Counted from the first letter of the stretch, positions 27,763 through 38,354 are shown. The stretch is 64,000 bases of DNA from Myxococcota bacterium (GCA_040386535.1 JAZKFH010000032.1:96001-160000); one strand, 5' to 3'. A program made the numbers and translations. Notes: a model not told the origin generated them from the sequence alone.

Positions 27763-30147
27763 TCAGAAGTCGAACTTCAGCCCGAACGTGAAATCGGACG
27801 ACGACAGGTTGATCTGGTTCTCGCCGTGGATGAGCCGCGTGTTGCGGTACTCGGCCACGAGGAACGTGTCGTTGATGCCGCTGATCGCCTCGAGGCGGCT
27901 CGCGGCGCGACGATCGAACACGTCGAGCAGGATCATCAGGCCGCCGCCGAAGTGCCAGCCGTACTTTCCGCCGGTCCTCCTGTGGTCCATGGTGTCGGGG
28001 CTGACCACGTACCAGTTCTCCTCCCACATCCAGTAGTCGAGGCCGACGCGCCCGAAGGGCACGATGGGCTGCTCGTCGAACAGATCGAGGCGCCCGGTGA
28101 GGGTCAGCGCGAGCGGGACCATCGTGAACTTGTCGGCCTCGCCGCTCGCCACACCGTCGGCGGTCTGCATGAACCCGTTCGCCTGGAAGAAGCCGATGCC
28201 GAGGTTCGCGTCGATGAAGCGGGAGGCATACCCGTACTCGAACCACAGGATCACGTTCGTCTTCTCGCCGAACACGTCGTTCACGTACTCGTCGGCGATG
28301 GTGGTCGGGCCGGCCCGCACCTGCACGTTCATCGTGCGGGGGCCCTCGTACTCGTCGGCCTCTTCAGCGTGCGCGGTCGGCGCGGAGATGGCGAGCGCGA
28401 GGACGCCTGCACTGACGACGACGCGACGACGACGACGCGCAACGGCGGCCGCGGCCAGCACGATCGCCGCCGAGCCGGCGCCGCCTCCGAGGCCACCTCC
28501 GAAGCCACAGAGCGGCGGGACACCACCCGGCTCCTTGGCGCGGTCAGTGATGGAGAAGGTCTCTTGGGGCGTGACGGGGACGATGGCGGACATGGGACCC
28601 CAGAGGTCACTCCCGTCGATGGCGCGGACGGCCACGTAGTAGGTAGTGCCGTTGGTGAGAGAAGAGATGGTCTCGCTAACCTCAGCCCCAGACGCCGGAC
28701 GGACGACGTGGGGTGCCGTGATGTCATCAGTGCCGCTGAACGTCGGCCCGCCGGTGGGGTAGTCGGCGGCGGTGAAGGGCTCGACGTCGATGTAGATGGA
28801 GTACGACTCGATGTCCGTGGCGCTCAACGCCGTGAACGCGACCGTCACCGACCTGTTGCCCCACTGCACGTTCGACTCGTCGAGCGAGACCCGGCCGGGC
28901 GGGTTGTCGATCTCGAGGGTGCCCGCGCCGCGGCCGACGAGGCCGGCGTTGTCCTTCACGAAGACCCAGAGGGTGTTGGCGCCTTCGAGGTACTCGTCGT
29001 CCGAATCGATGGTGAACGTCGCCGTCGTGGGCGTATCGGCCTCCACCGACCCAGTCGTGAGCTCGCCACCGTTGGCGGCGGCGGTGCCGTTCAGGCGCAC
29101 CTCGTACGTGCCCGCCACGTCCGATGTGAAGGTGAGGCTCACCTCGTCGCCGTCGACCCCCGAGTCGGGCGCCACCGTGGAGACGGCGACCCACGGACGG
29201 TCGGTCAGCGCGAGCACGGTGCCGTCGGTGGTGGTGCCGAAGGCGTAGCCCTGGATCGTGACCAGCTCGCTTATGTTGACCGCGCCTGGGATCGTTCCGA
29301 GCTGCTCGCCGGGAGTGTTCTCGAACGTGTAGAGCAACGCGTCTTCTTCACCCGCGCCGAGCACCATCCACGTTTCGGACGGCAGGAAGCCGACGGCGGT
29401 GACGGAGTCGGCCACGTTGGTCAGGGACGCCTGGTAGTCGCTGGTGGTGGCCTGGAAACGCACCAGCCCACCGCCCGAGTCCGCGAGGTACACCGTGTTC
29501 CCGTTCTCGTACGGGAACGCGTCGACGTAGCTGCGGCTGCCGAGATCGCCCTGGGCGGTCGCGAGCGTGCCGGTCGCGACCTGCACCTTCGACAGGTCTT
29601 CGCTGCCGTGAACCACGATCAACGTACCGTCGACCAGGAGCGTGTCCTCGACCCCCTCGCGGGAGAGCTCCGTGGGGAACCCCTCGAGGGCCGTGCCGTC
29701 CAACAAGGCGACCCCGGCCACGACGGTGCCGAGCTTGGGGTCGTCCAGGACCGCGTAGACGTTGTCGCCGTCCGTCTCGACGGCGAAGATCGGGCCGTCC
29801 CCAAGGACCAACGAGTCTTCCCGCTGGGTGATCACACCCTCCGGGGAGATCTCGATCACGGCCACCGTTCCGTCCTCACAGCCGGTGTAGAAGCTGACGC
29901 CCTCGAGCGTCATGTCCCCGGACGCCGCCGCGCCGCTCGCGCCGGGGCACGCGGTGAGGATCGTGGTCTCGAACGTGCCCGCGTCCATCACCCAGAACTT
30001 GCCGCCGCCGGCATCGTTCCAGCCGATCCACGCGCCATCCGGGCTCACGACGATGTCGGTCACGTCGGTGCCGACCTGGAACGTGCTGGCGAGGCGGTCG
30101 GGCGCGGCGAGCGCCACCGAGCTGACCTGGAGCAGCAGCAGGATCAC
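27763..30147 (-). CDS. surface protein (beta-rich/Fn3) with internal MYXO-CTERM-like signal fused to an MXAN_2562-like outer-membrane beta-barrel
   Basis: GTG start coupled to the upstream stop; signal peptide; LTNGTTYYVAVRAID Fn3; CG..GG-hydrophobic-RRRRR; barrel ending GLKFDF. Confidence 0.75.
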   Translation of the reverse strand: MILLLLQVSSVALAAPDRLASTFQVGTDVTDIVVSPDGAWIGWNDAGGGKFWVMDAGTFETTILTACPGASGAAASGDMTLEGVSFYTGCEDGTVAVIEISPEGVITQREDSLVLGDGPIFAVETDGDNVYAVLDDPKLGTVVAGVALLDGTALEGFPTELSREGVEDTLLVDGTLIVVHGSEDLSKVQVATGTLATAQGDLGSRSYVDAFPYENGNTVYLADSGGGLVRFQATTSDYQASLTNVADSVTAVGFLPSETWMVLGAGEEDALLYTFENTPGEQLGTIPGAVNISELVTIQGYAFGTTTDGTVLALTDRPWVAVSTVAPDSGVDGDEVSLTFTSDVAGTYEVRLNGTAAANGGELTTGSVEADTPTTATFTIDSDDEYLEGANTLWVFVKDNAGLVGRGAGTLEIDNPPGRVSLDESNVQWGNRSVTVAFTALSATDIESYSIYIDVEPFTAADYPTGGPTFSGTDDITAPHVVRPASGAEVSETISSLTNGTTYYVAVRAIDGSDLWGPMSAIVPVTPQETFSITDRAKEPGGVPPLCGFGGGLGGGAGSAAIVLAAAAVARRRRRVVVSAGVLALAISAPTAHAEEADEYEGPRTMNVQVRAGPTTIADEYVNDVFGEKTNVILWFEYGYASRFIDANLGIGFFQANGFMQTADGVASGEADKFTMVPLALTLTGRLDLFDEQPIVPFGRVGLDYWMWEENWYVVSPDTMDHRRTGGKYGWHFGGGLMILLDVFDRRAASRLEAISGINDTFLVAEYRNTRLIHGENQINLSSSDFTFGLKFDF

Positions 30148-31151
30148 GCGACCCCCAGGAGGCCGGCGGCCGAGAGCCACGAGGCGATCCGCGCGGCGGC
30201 GAGGCCGGCGGCGTGCAGATCGTCGGTGACCGCCCAGACGAACACGCCGTCCCCACCGGGGTCGGCGCGGAGGCGGCCCCACCACACGCCGGGCTTGCCG
30301 ATCGTCGCACGCGGCCGGAGCCGGGCGGGGCGCGAGATGAGCACGAGCCCTTCGGCCCCGCGCCACGCATCCTCCACGGCCTCGATGGTGACGCCGCGCA
30401 GGTGGAGCCCCGCGCTCATGCCCGCGAACAGCGGCTGGGTCGCGACCTGGACGCCCACCTTGGTGGCGGCGAGCCCGGTGAGGGCCTCGACCTCGGCGGC
30501 CGCGAGCTGCTCGGCGCCGCTCCACTCGTCCATCGCCGTGTCCTCGGGGAGCGTGTCGAACGCGAGCCCGTCCACGAAGGCCCGACGGGGCGGGTCCTGG
30601 TTGTTCAGCGTCGCGACGACCTGCTGGGCGAGCTCCTCCATGCCGCCACGCCCACGGCCGCTGGCCGCCAGGGACACGACGCCGGTGACGCCCGTGAGCC
30701 CGACGGGAACGAGCGGCCCGACGAGCGAGGCCAGGAGCGCGCCTACCGAGGACGGCGACCGCACGGCGCCCGCCCGCGCCACCGCGTCGGGGAGCGAGGG
30801 GGTGAGACCTGGGAGGACGAGCGGCGCATCGAGCACGCCCACGGTCGCGTCCCCCACGTCGACCACGAGGACCCCGCGCTTGACCAGCCCGGGGGCCAGC
30901 TTGCCCGCCACCGCCGGCGGGACGCACAGGATCACGAGGTCCGGCTCGGCGCTCGTGAGGGCGGCGATCGGCTCGACCCCCACGTTCTGCCCGCGAAACG
31001 AGACGGTGTCGACCCGGGGCGAACGCGCCGCCGAGCCGTACACCTTCAATGAGGCGATCACGATGTCCGAGGCATCGAGGGCCGCGAGGACCTGCGCTCC
31101 AGCCGACCCCGTGCCGCCGACAACCGCCACTTCCAATGCCGTTCTGCTCAT
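30144..31151 (-). CDS. aspartate-semialdehyde dehydrogenase-like (Usg-like) protein
   Basis: VAVVGGTGSAG, AASGRG..GMEEL, LAFD; catalytic NPNC replaced by SPSS. Confidence 0.8.
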   Translation of the reverse strand: MSRTALEVAVVGGTGSAGAQVLAALDASDIVIASLKVYGSAARSPRVDTVSFRGQNVGVEPIAALTSAEPDLVILCVPPAVAGKLAPGLVKRGVLVVDVGDATVGVLDAPLVLPGLTPSLPDAVARAGAVRSPSSVGALLASLVGPLVPVGLTGVTGVVSLAASGRGRGGMEELAQQVVATLNNQDPPRRAFVDGLAFDTLPEDTAMDEWSGAEQLAAAEVEALTGLAATKVGVQVATQPLFAGMSAGLHLRGVTIEAVEDAWRGAEGLVLISRPARLRPRATIGKPGVWWGRLRADPGGDGVFVWAVTDDLHAAGLAAARIASWLSAAGLLGVA

Positions 31152-31195
31152 CCCGGCGTCTTATCCCGGACCATGACCAGACGGCGCACCTGAAG

Positions 31196-31420
31196 CTACG
31201 CCTCGCGGTGAGAGGCGATGATCGACTGGATGCGGTCCTTCCCACGGAGCTTGAGGCGCTTGACCCGGTTGATCTCGCGACGCTCGGCCTCGGACGGGTA
31301 GCGGATGCGCTCAAGACGGCCGAGCTCCCGCTCGAAGTCCTGGTGCTTGCCGAACAGGTGGCGAAGCTCGTCGTGGGAGGTGGTCAAACGGTTGATGACT
31401 TCGAGTTCCGTGGCTTCCAT
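31196..31420 (-). CDS. DUF465/YdcH-family protein
   Basis: H..FEREL...KRLKLRGKDRI. Confidence 0.8.
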   Translation of the reverse strand: MEATELEVINRLTTSHDELRHLFGKHQDFERELGRLERIRYPSEAERREINRVKRLKLRGKDRIQSIIASHREA

Positions 31421-31474
31421 GAGACCTCTCGTCTAAGGTTGCCTGGGGAGCATAACGAAAGCGGTTTCAACCTG

Positions 31475-32110
31475 TCAAACGTGCGACGGCCGTGCGTCAG
31501 GCTCGCGAAGGTACCGTAGACCCACGTTTTCTGGCGAGCGGCCCACGATCGAGCGACACAAGGTGACGCCGCTGCCCACCGGAGAATCCGCGCCCGCGGG
31601 GTGCACCCGGTGCCCGGCAACCCGCATGGCGTCGATGAAGACGACGGCCCCCTCCCCCACCGCCACGCCCGGCGCTCCGCGCGCCGCGATGTCGACGGTC
31701 ACGTCCTCCTCGTCGCCGATCGCGACGGGGACGGGCCCACGCGTGTCGAACCACCCGCCGTAGACGCGACCCTTGCGCGCGTCCAGCAACGCGAGGACCC
31801 GCGGCTCCCCCGGCGCGAGCGTGGCGCGCAGGGCCAGCGACGAGATCGGCGCGACCTCGACGCCGCGCGCGAACGCCAGCCCCAGCGCCGCGGCGACCCC
31901 GACACGGATGCCGGTGAACGTGCCGGGCCCCACGGTGACGGCGACCCGATCGAGGCCCGACAGCGCGCCCAGCGCGGCGGCGAGGTGCTGCTCGAGCCAC
32001 ACCTCGGTGCCCGAGGTCACGCGCGCGGAGGCAACGTAGCGGGTCTCGCTCCCCTCGAACGCCGCGAGCCCGACCACCGGCCCGGCCGTGTCCACCAGCA
32101 GGATCCGCAT
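31475..32110 (-). CDS. tsaB: t6A biosynthesis protein TsaB
   Basis: MRILLVDTA, GPGTFTGIRVG, LDARKGRVY. Confidence 0.93.
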   Translation of the reverse strand: MRILLVDTAGPVVGLAAFEGSETRYVASARVTSGTEVWLEQHLAAALGALSGLDRVAVTVGPGTFTGIRVGVAAALGLAFARGVEVAPISSLALRATLAPGEPRVLALLDARKGRVYGGWFDTRGPVPVAIGDEEDVTVDIAARGAPGVAVGEGAVVFIDAMRVAGHRVHPAGADSPVGSGVTLCRSIVGRSPENVGLRYLREPDARPSHV

Positions 32111-32120
32111 CGGAGACTTC

Positions 32121-33794
32121 CTAGCCGACCGCGGCACGGTGGATGTCGAACACCAGCACGAACAACATCAGCAGCACCAGGAAGATGATGCCGGCCTGCT
32201 GGGCGCGCTCGCGGAGGATGAGCGGGAGCGGGCGGCCGCGGACCCATTCGGCCAGGTACATGACGAGCTGCCCGCCGTCGAGGACGGGGATCGGCAGCAG
32301 GTTGATGATGCCGAGGCTGATCGACAAGAGGCCGAGGAGCCGCGCCCAGTCGAAGATGCCGCGCTCCGCGGCCGCGCGCGCCTGGCGGATGATCTCGACC
32401 GGGCCGCCCAGGCTCTCCTGCGGAGCGGCCTCGCCGGTGGTGAGCTTCCCGAGCTGCTCGACGATGCCGGTGGAGACGAGCACGACCTCGTCCGTGGCGC
32501 GGACGAGCGCGTCCGGGAAACCGTAGACCCGCGGGACGAAGGGCGGCTGAACATAGCCGCCACCCGTGCCGATCCCGAGGAGCGGGCGCCAGCGGTAGCG
32601 GCCGAGCTCGTCCGTGTCCTCCACCACCGCCGGCGTGACGCGGATCTCGCTGACCACGCCCCCGCGGCGCACGGTGACGAGCATCTCGCGGGTGGTCTGC
32701 GCGCTTCCCTGGCCGCTCGCGGATGCGGCGACGGAGAGCACGACATCGCGCCACACGTTGATGGGGCGCCCGTCGATCGCGAGGAGACGGTCCCCTTCCT
32801 TCACGCCCGCGTCCGACGCCGCGGAGCCATCCTTCGCGAAGGCGCCGACGGCCACCATTCCGCTCGCCACGCCCCATGTCTGCCAGACCGTGTCGTCTAC
32901 CGAGGTAGCCGTGGGCGCCCACGACGCGTCACGGCGCAGCGTGAGCTCGCCGAGCGCGGACTCGGGCTCCGCGCCGGACCGACGCACCTCGAGGCGCACC
33001 TCCGGGGCCGCGGCCGCCCCGAGCAGGCGATGCACCTCGTTCCAGTTGCGCACCGGAACGCCGCTCACCGATGCGATCGTGTCGCCTGTCGCCAGGCCCG
33101 CGCGGCCTGCGGGCGACGCCGGATCGTCCACCACCACGGTGGTGTCGGGGGCGACGTGGCTGAGGCCGACCTCCGCCGGATGGCGCTCGTCACTGCCGAC
33201 CGCGACCGGGATGCTGACGGGGACCCGCTCTCCGGCGCGCTGGACGACGAGGTCGAGCGCGCTGTCCGTGCTCGCGGCGAAGGCCTCGGCCACGTCGGAC
33301 CAGGTGAGCGTGTCCTTGCCCTCGACCGCTACGATCTGGTCCTCGGGGAGCACGCCCGCGACGGCGGCGGCGCTCTCGGCGGCCACCATGCCGACGTCGG
33401 CGCGCGCCTGGGGCTCGCCGGCCATCTTGAGCGCCGTGAACACGACGAACGGCAGCGCGAGGTTCATCGCCGGGCCCGCGACCACGATCAGCAGCCGCTT
33501 CCAGGCCGGTTGGGCCATGAAGGCGCCCGGGGCGCGCGGATCGTCGTCGTCGCTACCGCCCTCCATGAAGGGGTCCGCGCCCGCCATGCGGACGTACCCG
33601 CCGAACGGGAACATGGAGATCCGGTAGTCGGTGTCCCCCCACTTCACGCCGACCAGGCGCCCGCCGAAGCCGACGCTGAACACCCGGACCCGCACGCCGC
33701 ACGCCTTCGCGACGATGAAGTGCCCGAACTCGTGGATCGTGATGAGCGCCGCGATCAGCAGCAGCGCGGCGAGGAAGGTGGCGACACCGAACAT
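32121..33794 (-). CDS. rseP: RIP metalloprotease RseP
   Basis: HEFGH, AGPAMN, PDZ domains, NLLPIPVLDGG. Confidence 0.95.
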   Translation of the reverse strand: MFGVATFLAALLLIAALITIHEFGHFIVAKACGVRVRVFSVGFGGRLVGVKWGDTDYRISMFPFGGYVRMAGADPFMEGGSDDDDPRAPGAFMAQPAWKRLLIVVAGPAMNLALPFVVFTALKMAGEPQARADVGMVAAESAAAVAGVLPEDQIVAVEGKDTLTWSDVAEAFAASTDSALDLVVQRAGERVPVSIPVAVGSDERHPAEVGLSHVAPDTTVVVDDPASPAGRAGLATGDTIASVSGVPVRNWNEVHRLLGAAAAPEVRLEVRRSGAEPESALGELTLRRDASWAPTATSVDDTVWQTWGVASGMVAVGAFAKDGSAASDAGVKEGDRLLAIDGRPINVWRDVVLSVAASASGQGSAQTTREMLVTVRRGGVVSEIRVTPAVVEDTDELGRYRWRPLLGIGTGGGYVQPPFVPRVYGFPDALVRATDEVVLVSTGIVEQLGKLTTGEAAPQESLGGPVEIIRQARAAAERGIFDWARLLGLLSISLGIINLLPIPVLDGGQLVMYLAEWVRGRPLPLILRERAQQAGIIFLVLLMLFVLVFDIHRAAVG

Positions 33795-33807
33795 CAGGGA
33801 ACAGTAT

Positions 33808-34617
33808 TCACGGTGCGACCAGCGGGCGCACCTGTAGAACGGCCCAGAGCAACGGGCCGGTGAACAACAAGGAGTCGATACGGTCCAGGATGCCGCCGTG
33901 CCCCGGCATGATCGTCCCGCTGTCCTTCACGCCGAACGCGCGCTTGAACATGGACTCGACGAGGTCCCCGATGACACCCGCGATGTCGAGCACCCCGGCG
34001 AGGACCAGCACGACGACCCACGGGAGGTCGAGGTCCGCCCCGAAGAGGCCCTTGAACACCGCGGCCCCGAGCACGGCCAGCACCAGCCCCCCGAGCGCGC
34101 CCTCGCGGGTCTTCTTGGGGGAGACCCGCGGGAACAATGGGGTCTTGCCGAAGGCGCGCCCGGCGAAGTAGGCGCCGGTGTCGCCGAGCCAGGTCGACGC
34201 GAGCAGGAAGAAGATCAGCCCGAGGCCATCGTTCTCCATGCGGATGAGCGCGAGCGGGGCCATGAGCACGGGCACGTAGACGAGGCCGAACCCAAGGCGA
34301 AGGGCCTGGCGGGCCGCCACGTCCACGCTCTCGCGCGCGAACATCGGCAGGGTGATGAACCCCATGAACAGGAGCGCGAGGACGGTGGGAAGGTACGCCG
34401 TTGCGTGCACCGCTGCGGTGACGACGACCAGCCCGGCGAGAAGATAGACACTGCGCTCGACCATCGGCAGCTCGGGGGCCGCCATGCGCACGTACTCGTT
34501 CAGCGCCACGAGCAGGAACGGTAGCATCAGCCACCACACCCCGTTCGGGCCGCCCCAGACGAGGATCGGGATCACCACCGCCAGCCCCGCGAGCCCTGCG
34601 ATGAGGCGTGTTCCCAT
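33808..34617 (-). CDS. cdsA: phosphatidate cytidylyltransferase
   Basis: SPKKT.EG, KDSG..MPGHGGILDRIDS. Confidence 0.95.
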   Translation of the reverse strand: MGTRLIAGLAGLAVVIPILVWGGPNGVWWLMLPFLLVALNEYVRMAAPELPMVERSVYLLAGLVVVTAAVHATAYLPTVLALLFMGFITLPMFARESVDVAARQALRLGFGLVYVPVLMAPLALIRMENDGLGLIFFLLASTWLGDTGAYFAGRAFGKTPLFPRVSPKKTREGALGGLVLAVLGAAVFKGLFGADLDLPWVVVLVLAGVLDIAGVIGDLVESMFKRAFGVKDSGTIMPGHGGILDRIDSLLFTGPLLWAVLQVRPLVAP

Positions 34618-35354
34618 CAGCTACGGACCTGGGCGCCGGTCTTGCCGAAGCGACGCTCCCGCGTGCGGAAGGACGCGAACGCCTCCTCGAGCTGCGCGCG
34701 GCGGAAGTCGGGCCACGCGGTCTCGGTGACGTAGATCTCGGCGTAGGCGAGCTGCCAGAGCAGGAAGTTCGACAGGCGCATCTCGCCCGAGGTGCGGATG
34801 AGCAGGTCGGGATCGGGGAGGCCCGCGGTGCCGAGCTCGGCGGCGAAGGAGGCCTCGTCGATCGCGTCCGGGCGCAGCCGGCCGGCCGCGGCCTTCTTCG
34901 CCAGGGAGCGCGCCGCCTCGACGATCTCGGCGCGGCCGCCGTAGGAGAGCGCCAGGGTCAGCGTCATCCCACGGTTGTTGCGGGAGGCGTGCGAGAGCTC
35001 CTTGAGGGCGAGGCGCACCGCGACCGGCAGGCGGTCGATCTGGCCGATCGCGTTGAGGCGGATGCCGTTCTCCAGGATCTCGCGCCGCTCCTCGACGAGG
35101 AACCGCCCGAGCAGGCTCATCAGCCCCGCCACCTCGTCCTCGGGGCGGCGCCAGTTCTCGGTCGAGAAGCTGTAGAGGGTCAGCGCCTCCACCCCGAAGG
35201 TGCGACACGCGCGCGTGATCTCTCGCACGCTCTCCGCCCCCGCTTCGTGCCCCGCGAGGCGCGGCAAGCCACGGGCCTCCGCCCAGCGCCCGTTGCCATC
35301 CATGATGATGGCAAGGTGCCGAGGAACGGCCGGCGGAGGGACGGCGCCGCTCAA
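34617..35354 (-). CDS. uppS: undecaprenyl diphosphate synthase
   Basis: HLAIIMDGNGRWA, FSTENWRRP, RTSGEMRLSNFLLWQ; TTG start overlapping the frr stop. Confidence 0.95.
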   Translation of the reverse strand: MSGAVPPPAVPRHLAIIMDGNGRWAEARGLPRLAGHEAGAESVREITRACRTFGVEALTLYSFSTENWRRPEDEVAGLMSLLGRFLVEERREILENGIRLNAIGQIDRLPVAVRLALKELSHASRNNRGMTLTLALSYGGRAEIVEAARSLAKKAAAGRLRPDAIDEASFAAELGTAGLPDPDLLIRTSGEMRLSNFLLWQLAYAEIYVTETAWPDFRRAQLEEAFASFRTRERRFGKTGAQVRS

Positions 35355-35917
35355 ACCTCCAGGACCTCTTTCTCCTTGGCCGCGGACACGTCGTCCACCT
35401 TCTTCACGTGGGCGTCGGTGGCCTGCTGCACCTTCTCGGTGGCGCGCTTGAGCTCGTCCTCGGTGATCTCCTTGTCGTCGGAGGCCTGCTTGAGGAGCTC
35501 GTTGTACTCGCGACGAACGCCGCGGACGCGCACCTTGGCGTCCTCCGCGGCCTTCTTGACGATCTTCACCAGCGCCTGGCGACGTTCGCCCGTGAGCGGC
35601 GGGATCGGGATGCGGATGATCTGCCCGTCGTTGCCGGGGTTGAAGCCCAGACCCGAGGTCGCGATCGCCCGCTCGATGTCGCGGAGCGTCGACTTGTCCC
35701 AGGGGTTGACGATGAGGAGCCGGGCGTCCGGGGCCGTGATGTTGCCGCACTGCTTGAGCGGCATGGTCGACCCGTAGGACTCGATGTGGATGGGGAGGTT
35801 CTCGATGAGGCTCGGCGTGGCGCGCCCGGTGCGAACACCGAGCAGCTCACGCTTGAGCGCGTCGATCACCTTGTCCATGTCGTCGGAAAGACTCGACAGG
35901 TACTCTTCAACAGACAT
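35351..35917 (-). CDS. frr: ribosome recycling factor
   Basis: RTGRA, NPGNDG..IRIPIPPLT.ERR. Confidence 0.97.
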   Translation of the reverse strand: MSVEEYLSSLSDDMDKVIDALKRELLGVRTGRATPSLIENLPIHIESYGSTMPLKQCGNITAPDARLLIVNPWDKSTLRDIERAIATSGLGFNPGNDGQIIRIPIPPLTGERRQALVKIVKKAAEDAKVRVRGVRREYNELLKQASDDKEITEDELKRATEKVQQATDAHVKKVDDVSAAKEKEVLEV

Positions 35918-35932
35918 CGCGGTGGCCTCCGG

Positions 35933-36658
35933 TCAGGGCTGGGGAGAGCTTACGTGCGTGCCGACAGGCTCGCCCAGCACGACCCGGCGGACGTTGCCGG
36001 GGCGGGCGGCGTCGAACACGATGAGCGGGATGCGGTTCTCCATGCACAGGCTGATGGCCGTCGCGTCCATCACCTTGAGCCCGAGCTTGAGGGCCTCGAG
36101 GTGCGTGATGGTCTCGTAGCGCACCGCGTCCGCGAACTTCTTCGGATCCTTGTCGTACACCCCGTCCACCTTGGTGGCCTTGAGGATCACGTCGGCGTGG
36201 ATCTCGGCCGCGCGCAACGAGGCCGCGGTGTCCGTGCTGAAGTACGGATTGCCCGTACCGGCCGCGAAGATCACGACCCGCCCCTTGTTCAGGTGGGCCA
36301 TCGCGCGGCGGCGGATGTAGGGCTCACACACCTCGTCGATGCGGACCGCTGACATCACCCGGGTGTAGCAACCCTTCTGCTCGAGCGCGTCCTGGAGCGC
36401 GAGCGCGTTGATGCAGGTCGCGAGCATGCCCATGTAGTCGGCATGCGCGCGGTCCATTCCGCCCTCGGACGCGGGAACACCCCGAAAGATGTTCCCGCCC
36501 CCGATGACGATGCCGATCTGGACACCGAGCTTGTGGACCTCGATGACCTCTTCGGCGAAGCGGCCGAGCACCTCTTGCTGGATGCCGAAATCGGCGTCTC
36601 CGGCGAGCATCTCCCCCGAAAGCTTCAACAGGATTCGGCGGTAGACGGGTGCGGCCAC
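35933..36658 (-). CDS. pyrH: UMP kinase
   Basis: [21 protein letters not shown]. Confidence 0.97.
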   Translation of the reverse strand: MAAPVYRRILLKLSGEMLAGDADFGIQQEVLGRFAEEVIEVHKLGVQIGIVIGGGNIFRGVPASEGGMDRAHADYMGMLATCINALALQDALEQKGCYTRVMSAVRIDEVCEPYIRRRAMAHLNKGRVVIFAAGTGNPYFSTDTAASLRAAEIHADVILKATKVDGVYDKDPKKFADAVRYETITHLEALKLGLKVMDATAISLCMENRIPLIVFDAARPGNVRRVVLGEPVGTHVSSPQP

Positions 36659-36672
36659 GATTCCCTCCGGTA

Positions 36673-37323
36673 CTAAAGACCCGCTTGAGCGGCGACCTCG
36701 GCGGCGAAGTCATTCGCCTTCTTTTCCAGACCTTCGCCCATGACGTAGCGTACGAACCGGCGGATCTTGACGTTCTCGCCGATGGTCGAGACGGTCTCCT
36801 TGACGAGCTGATCGATCGTCTTGGAGTCGTCCTTCACGTACTTCTGGTCGAGGAGGCAGACATCCTCGTACCACTTGCTCATGCGGCCTTCGACGATCTT
36901 CGCGGCGATGGCCTGGGGCTTGCCCTCGGCCATCGTCTTCTCGAGCTGCACGGCCTTCTCCTTCTCGTACGCGTCCGCGGGGACCTCGTCACGAGAGAGA
37001 TACTCGGGCGCGGCGGCCGCGATGTGCATCGCGATGTCGCGCGCGAGGTTCTTGAACTTATCGTTCAAGGCCACGAAATCGGTCTCGCAGTTGAGCTCGA
37101 CGATGACGCCGATCTTGCCGCCGGCGTGGATGTACGCCTCGACCAGACCTTCGCTCGCCACTCGACCGGACTTCTTCGCGGCGGACGACAAGCCCTTCGC
37201 GCGGAGCCAGTCGATCGCCTTCTCTACGTCGCTCCCGGACTCGCCGAGGGCCTTCTTGCAGTCGAGGATGCCGGCGCCGGTGCGCTCGCGCAGATCCTTG
37301 ATTTGATCGGACAGGGACGCCAT
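36673..37323 (-). CDS. tsf: elongation factor Ts (short form)
   Basis: [24 protein letters not shown]. Confidence 0.97.
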   Translation of the reverse strand: MASLSDQIKDLRERTGAGILDCKKALGESGSDVEKAIDWLRAKGLSSAAKKSGRVASEGLVEAYIHAGGKIGVIVELNCETDFVALNDKFKNLARDIAMHIAAAAPEYLSRDEVPADAYEKEKAVQLEKTMAEGKPQAIAAKIVEGRMSKWYEDVCLLDQKYVKDDSKTIDQLVKETVSTIGENVKIRRFVRYVMGEGLEKKANDFAAEVAAQAGL

Positions 37324-37352
37324 GATTGCTCCAGAATCTGCAGGGGCCGGGC

Positions 37353-38156
37353 CTACGAGGCCTCGGGCTCCGTGGGGGCGGGGGCGGCGGCGGGCTCCTC
37401 GTTGACCGTGCGACGGTAGACCTCGACACCGCGCCCGTCATCACCCTGGATGATGGGGGAGGCGTCGGTCCGGCCGGCCTGCACACCTTCGGTCGCGGCG
37501 TCCGCGATGGCGGCGGTGAAGAGGCGGATGGACTTGATCGCGTCGTCGTTGCCCGGGATCACGTAGTCGATGCCGTCGGGATCGCAGTTGGTGTCGCAGA
37601 GCGCCACGACGGGGATGCCGAGCTTGCCGGCTTCCTTGACGGCGATGTGCTCCTTCTTCGGGTCGATCACGAACAGGGCCCCGGGGAGGGACTTCATGTC
37701 CTTGATGCCGCCGAGGGCCTTCTCCATCTTCTCGATCTCGCGGGTCAGCGTGAGCGCTTCCTTCTTGGTGAGCTGCTCGAACTTGCCCTCGGTGCGCGCC
37801 TTGGTGAGGGAGTTCAGGCGCTCGATGGACTTCTTCACCGTCTGGAAGTTGGTGAGCGTGCCGCCCAGCCAACGGTCGTTGACGAAGAACATCTGGGAGC
37901 GACGCGCCTCCTCGGAGACGATGTCGCGCGCGGCGCGCTTGGTGCCGACGAAGAGCACCGGCTGGCCGCGGCTCACGATCGACGTGATGTAGCGGGACGC
38001 GTCGACCAGGGCGCGCGCGGTCTGCTGGATGTCGATGATGTGAACGCCGTTCTTCTGGCCGTAGATGTACGGCCGCATGCGGGGGTTCCACCGGCGGGTC
38101 TGGTGGCCGAAGTGAACGCCGGCTTCGAGGAGCTCACGGAGAGAGACATTTGCCAT
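37353..38156 (-). CDS. rpsB: 30S ribosomal protein S2
   Basis: [25 protein letters not shown]. Confidence 0.98.
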   Translation of the reverse strand: MANVSLRELLEAGVHFGHQTRRWNPRMRPYIYGQKNGVHIIDIQQTARALVDASRYITSIVSRGQPVLFVGTKRAARDIVSEEARRSQMFFVNDRWLGGTLTNFQTVKKSIERLNSLTKARTEGKFEQLTKKEALTLTREIEKMEKALGGIKDMKSLPGALFVIDPKKEHIAVKEAGKLGIPVVALCDTNCDPDGIDYVIPGNDDAIKSIRLFTAAIADAATEGVQAGRTDASPIIQGDDGRGVEVYRRTVNEEPAAAPAPTEPEAS

Positions 38157-38354
38157 TTGGATCGACTCTGTGCGGGTTGGCCCGCGCGTATGGTTGTTGC
38201 GACCGCCGGAGGATGCGACCCGACCCCTGGCACAGCGGAGCTGCGTTCAGGGGCACCGAGGGCTGCAAACCTTGAATCCGGCGTGGATCTCTTCGGGGAG
38301 GTCCCCGAAGGCACGGCCATCTAACGCGACGAGGCGCCGATGGCAACCGGAGCG

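Noticed and set aside
27749..27780. Resemblance to a tRNA-Arg(ACG) 3' half (CTACGAGCCCGAGGTCAGAAGTCGAACTTC)
   Set aside because: The T-loop is too short, there is no acceptor stem or CCA, and most of it is the LKFDF* end of the minus-strand gene. At most a secondary att-like site.
30144..31151. Asd-like protein without the catalytic Cys
   Set aside because: Consistent with known Usg-like paralogs; not novel.
36673..37323. Short EF-Ts (216 aa)
   Set aside because: The short form is normal in several lineages, including deltaproteobacteria.
38291..38310. Hairpin CTTCGGGGA-GG-TCCCCGAAG between secA and rpsB
   Set aside because: No U-tract; cannot distinguish a terminator from rpsB leader structure, and either would be ordinary.
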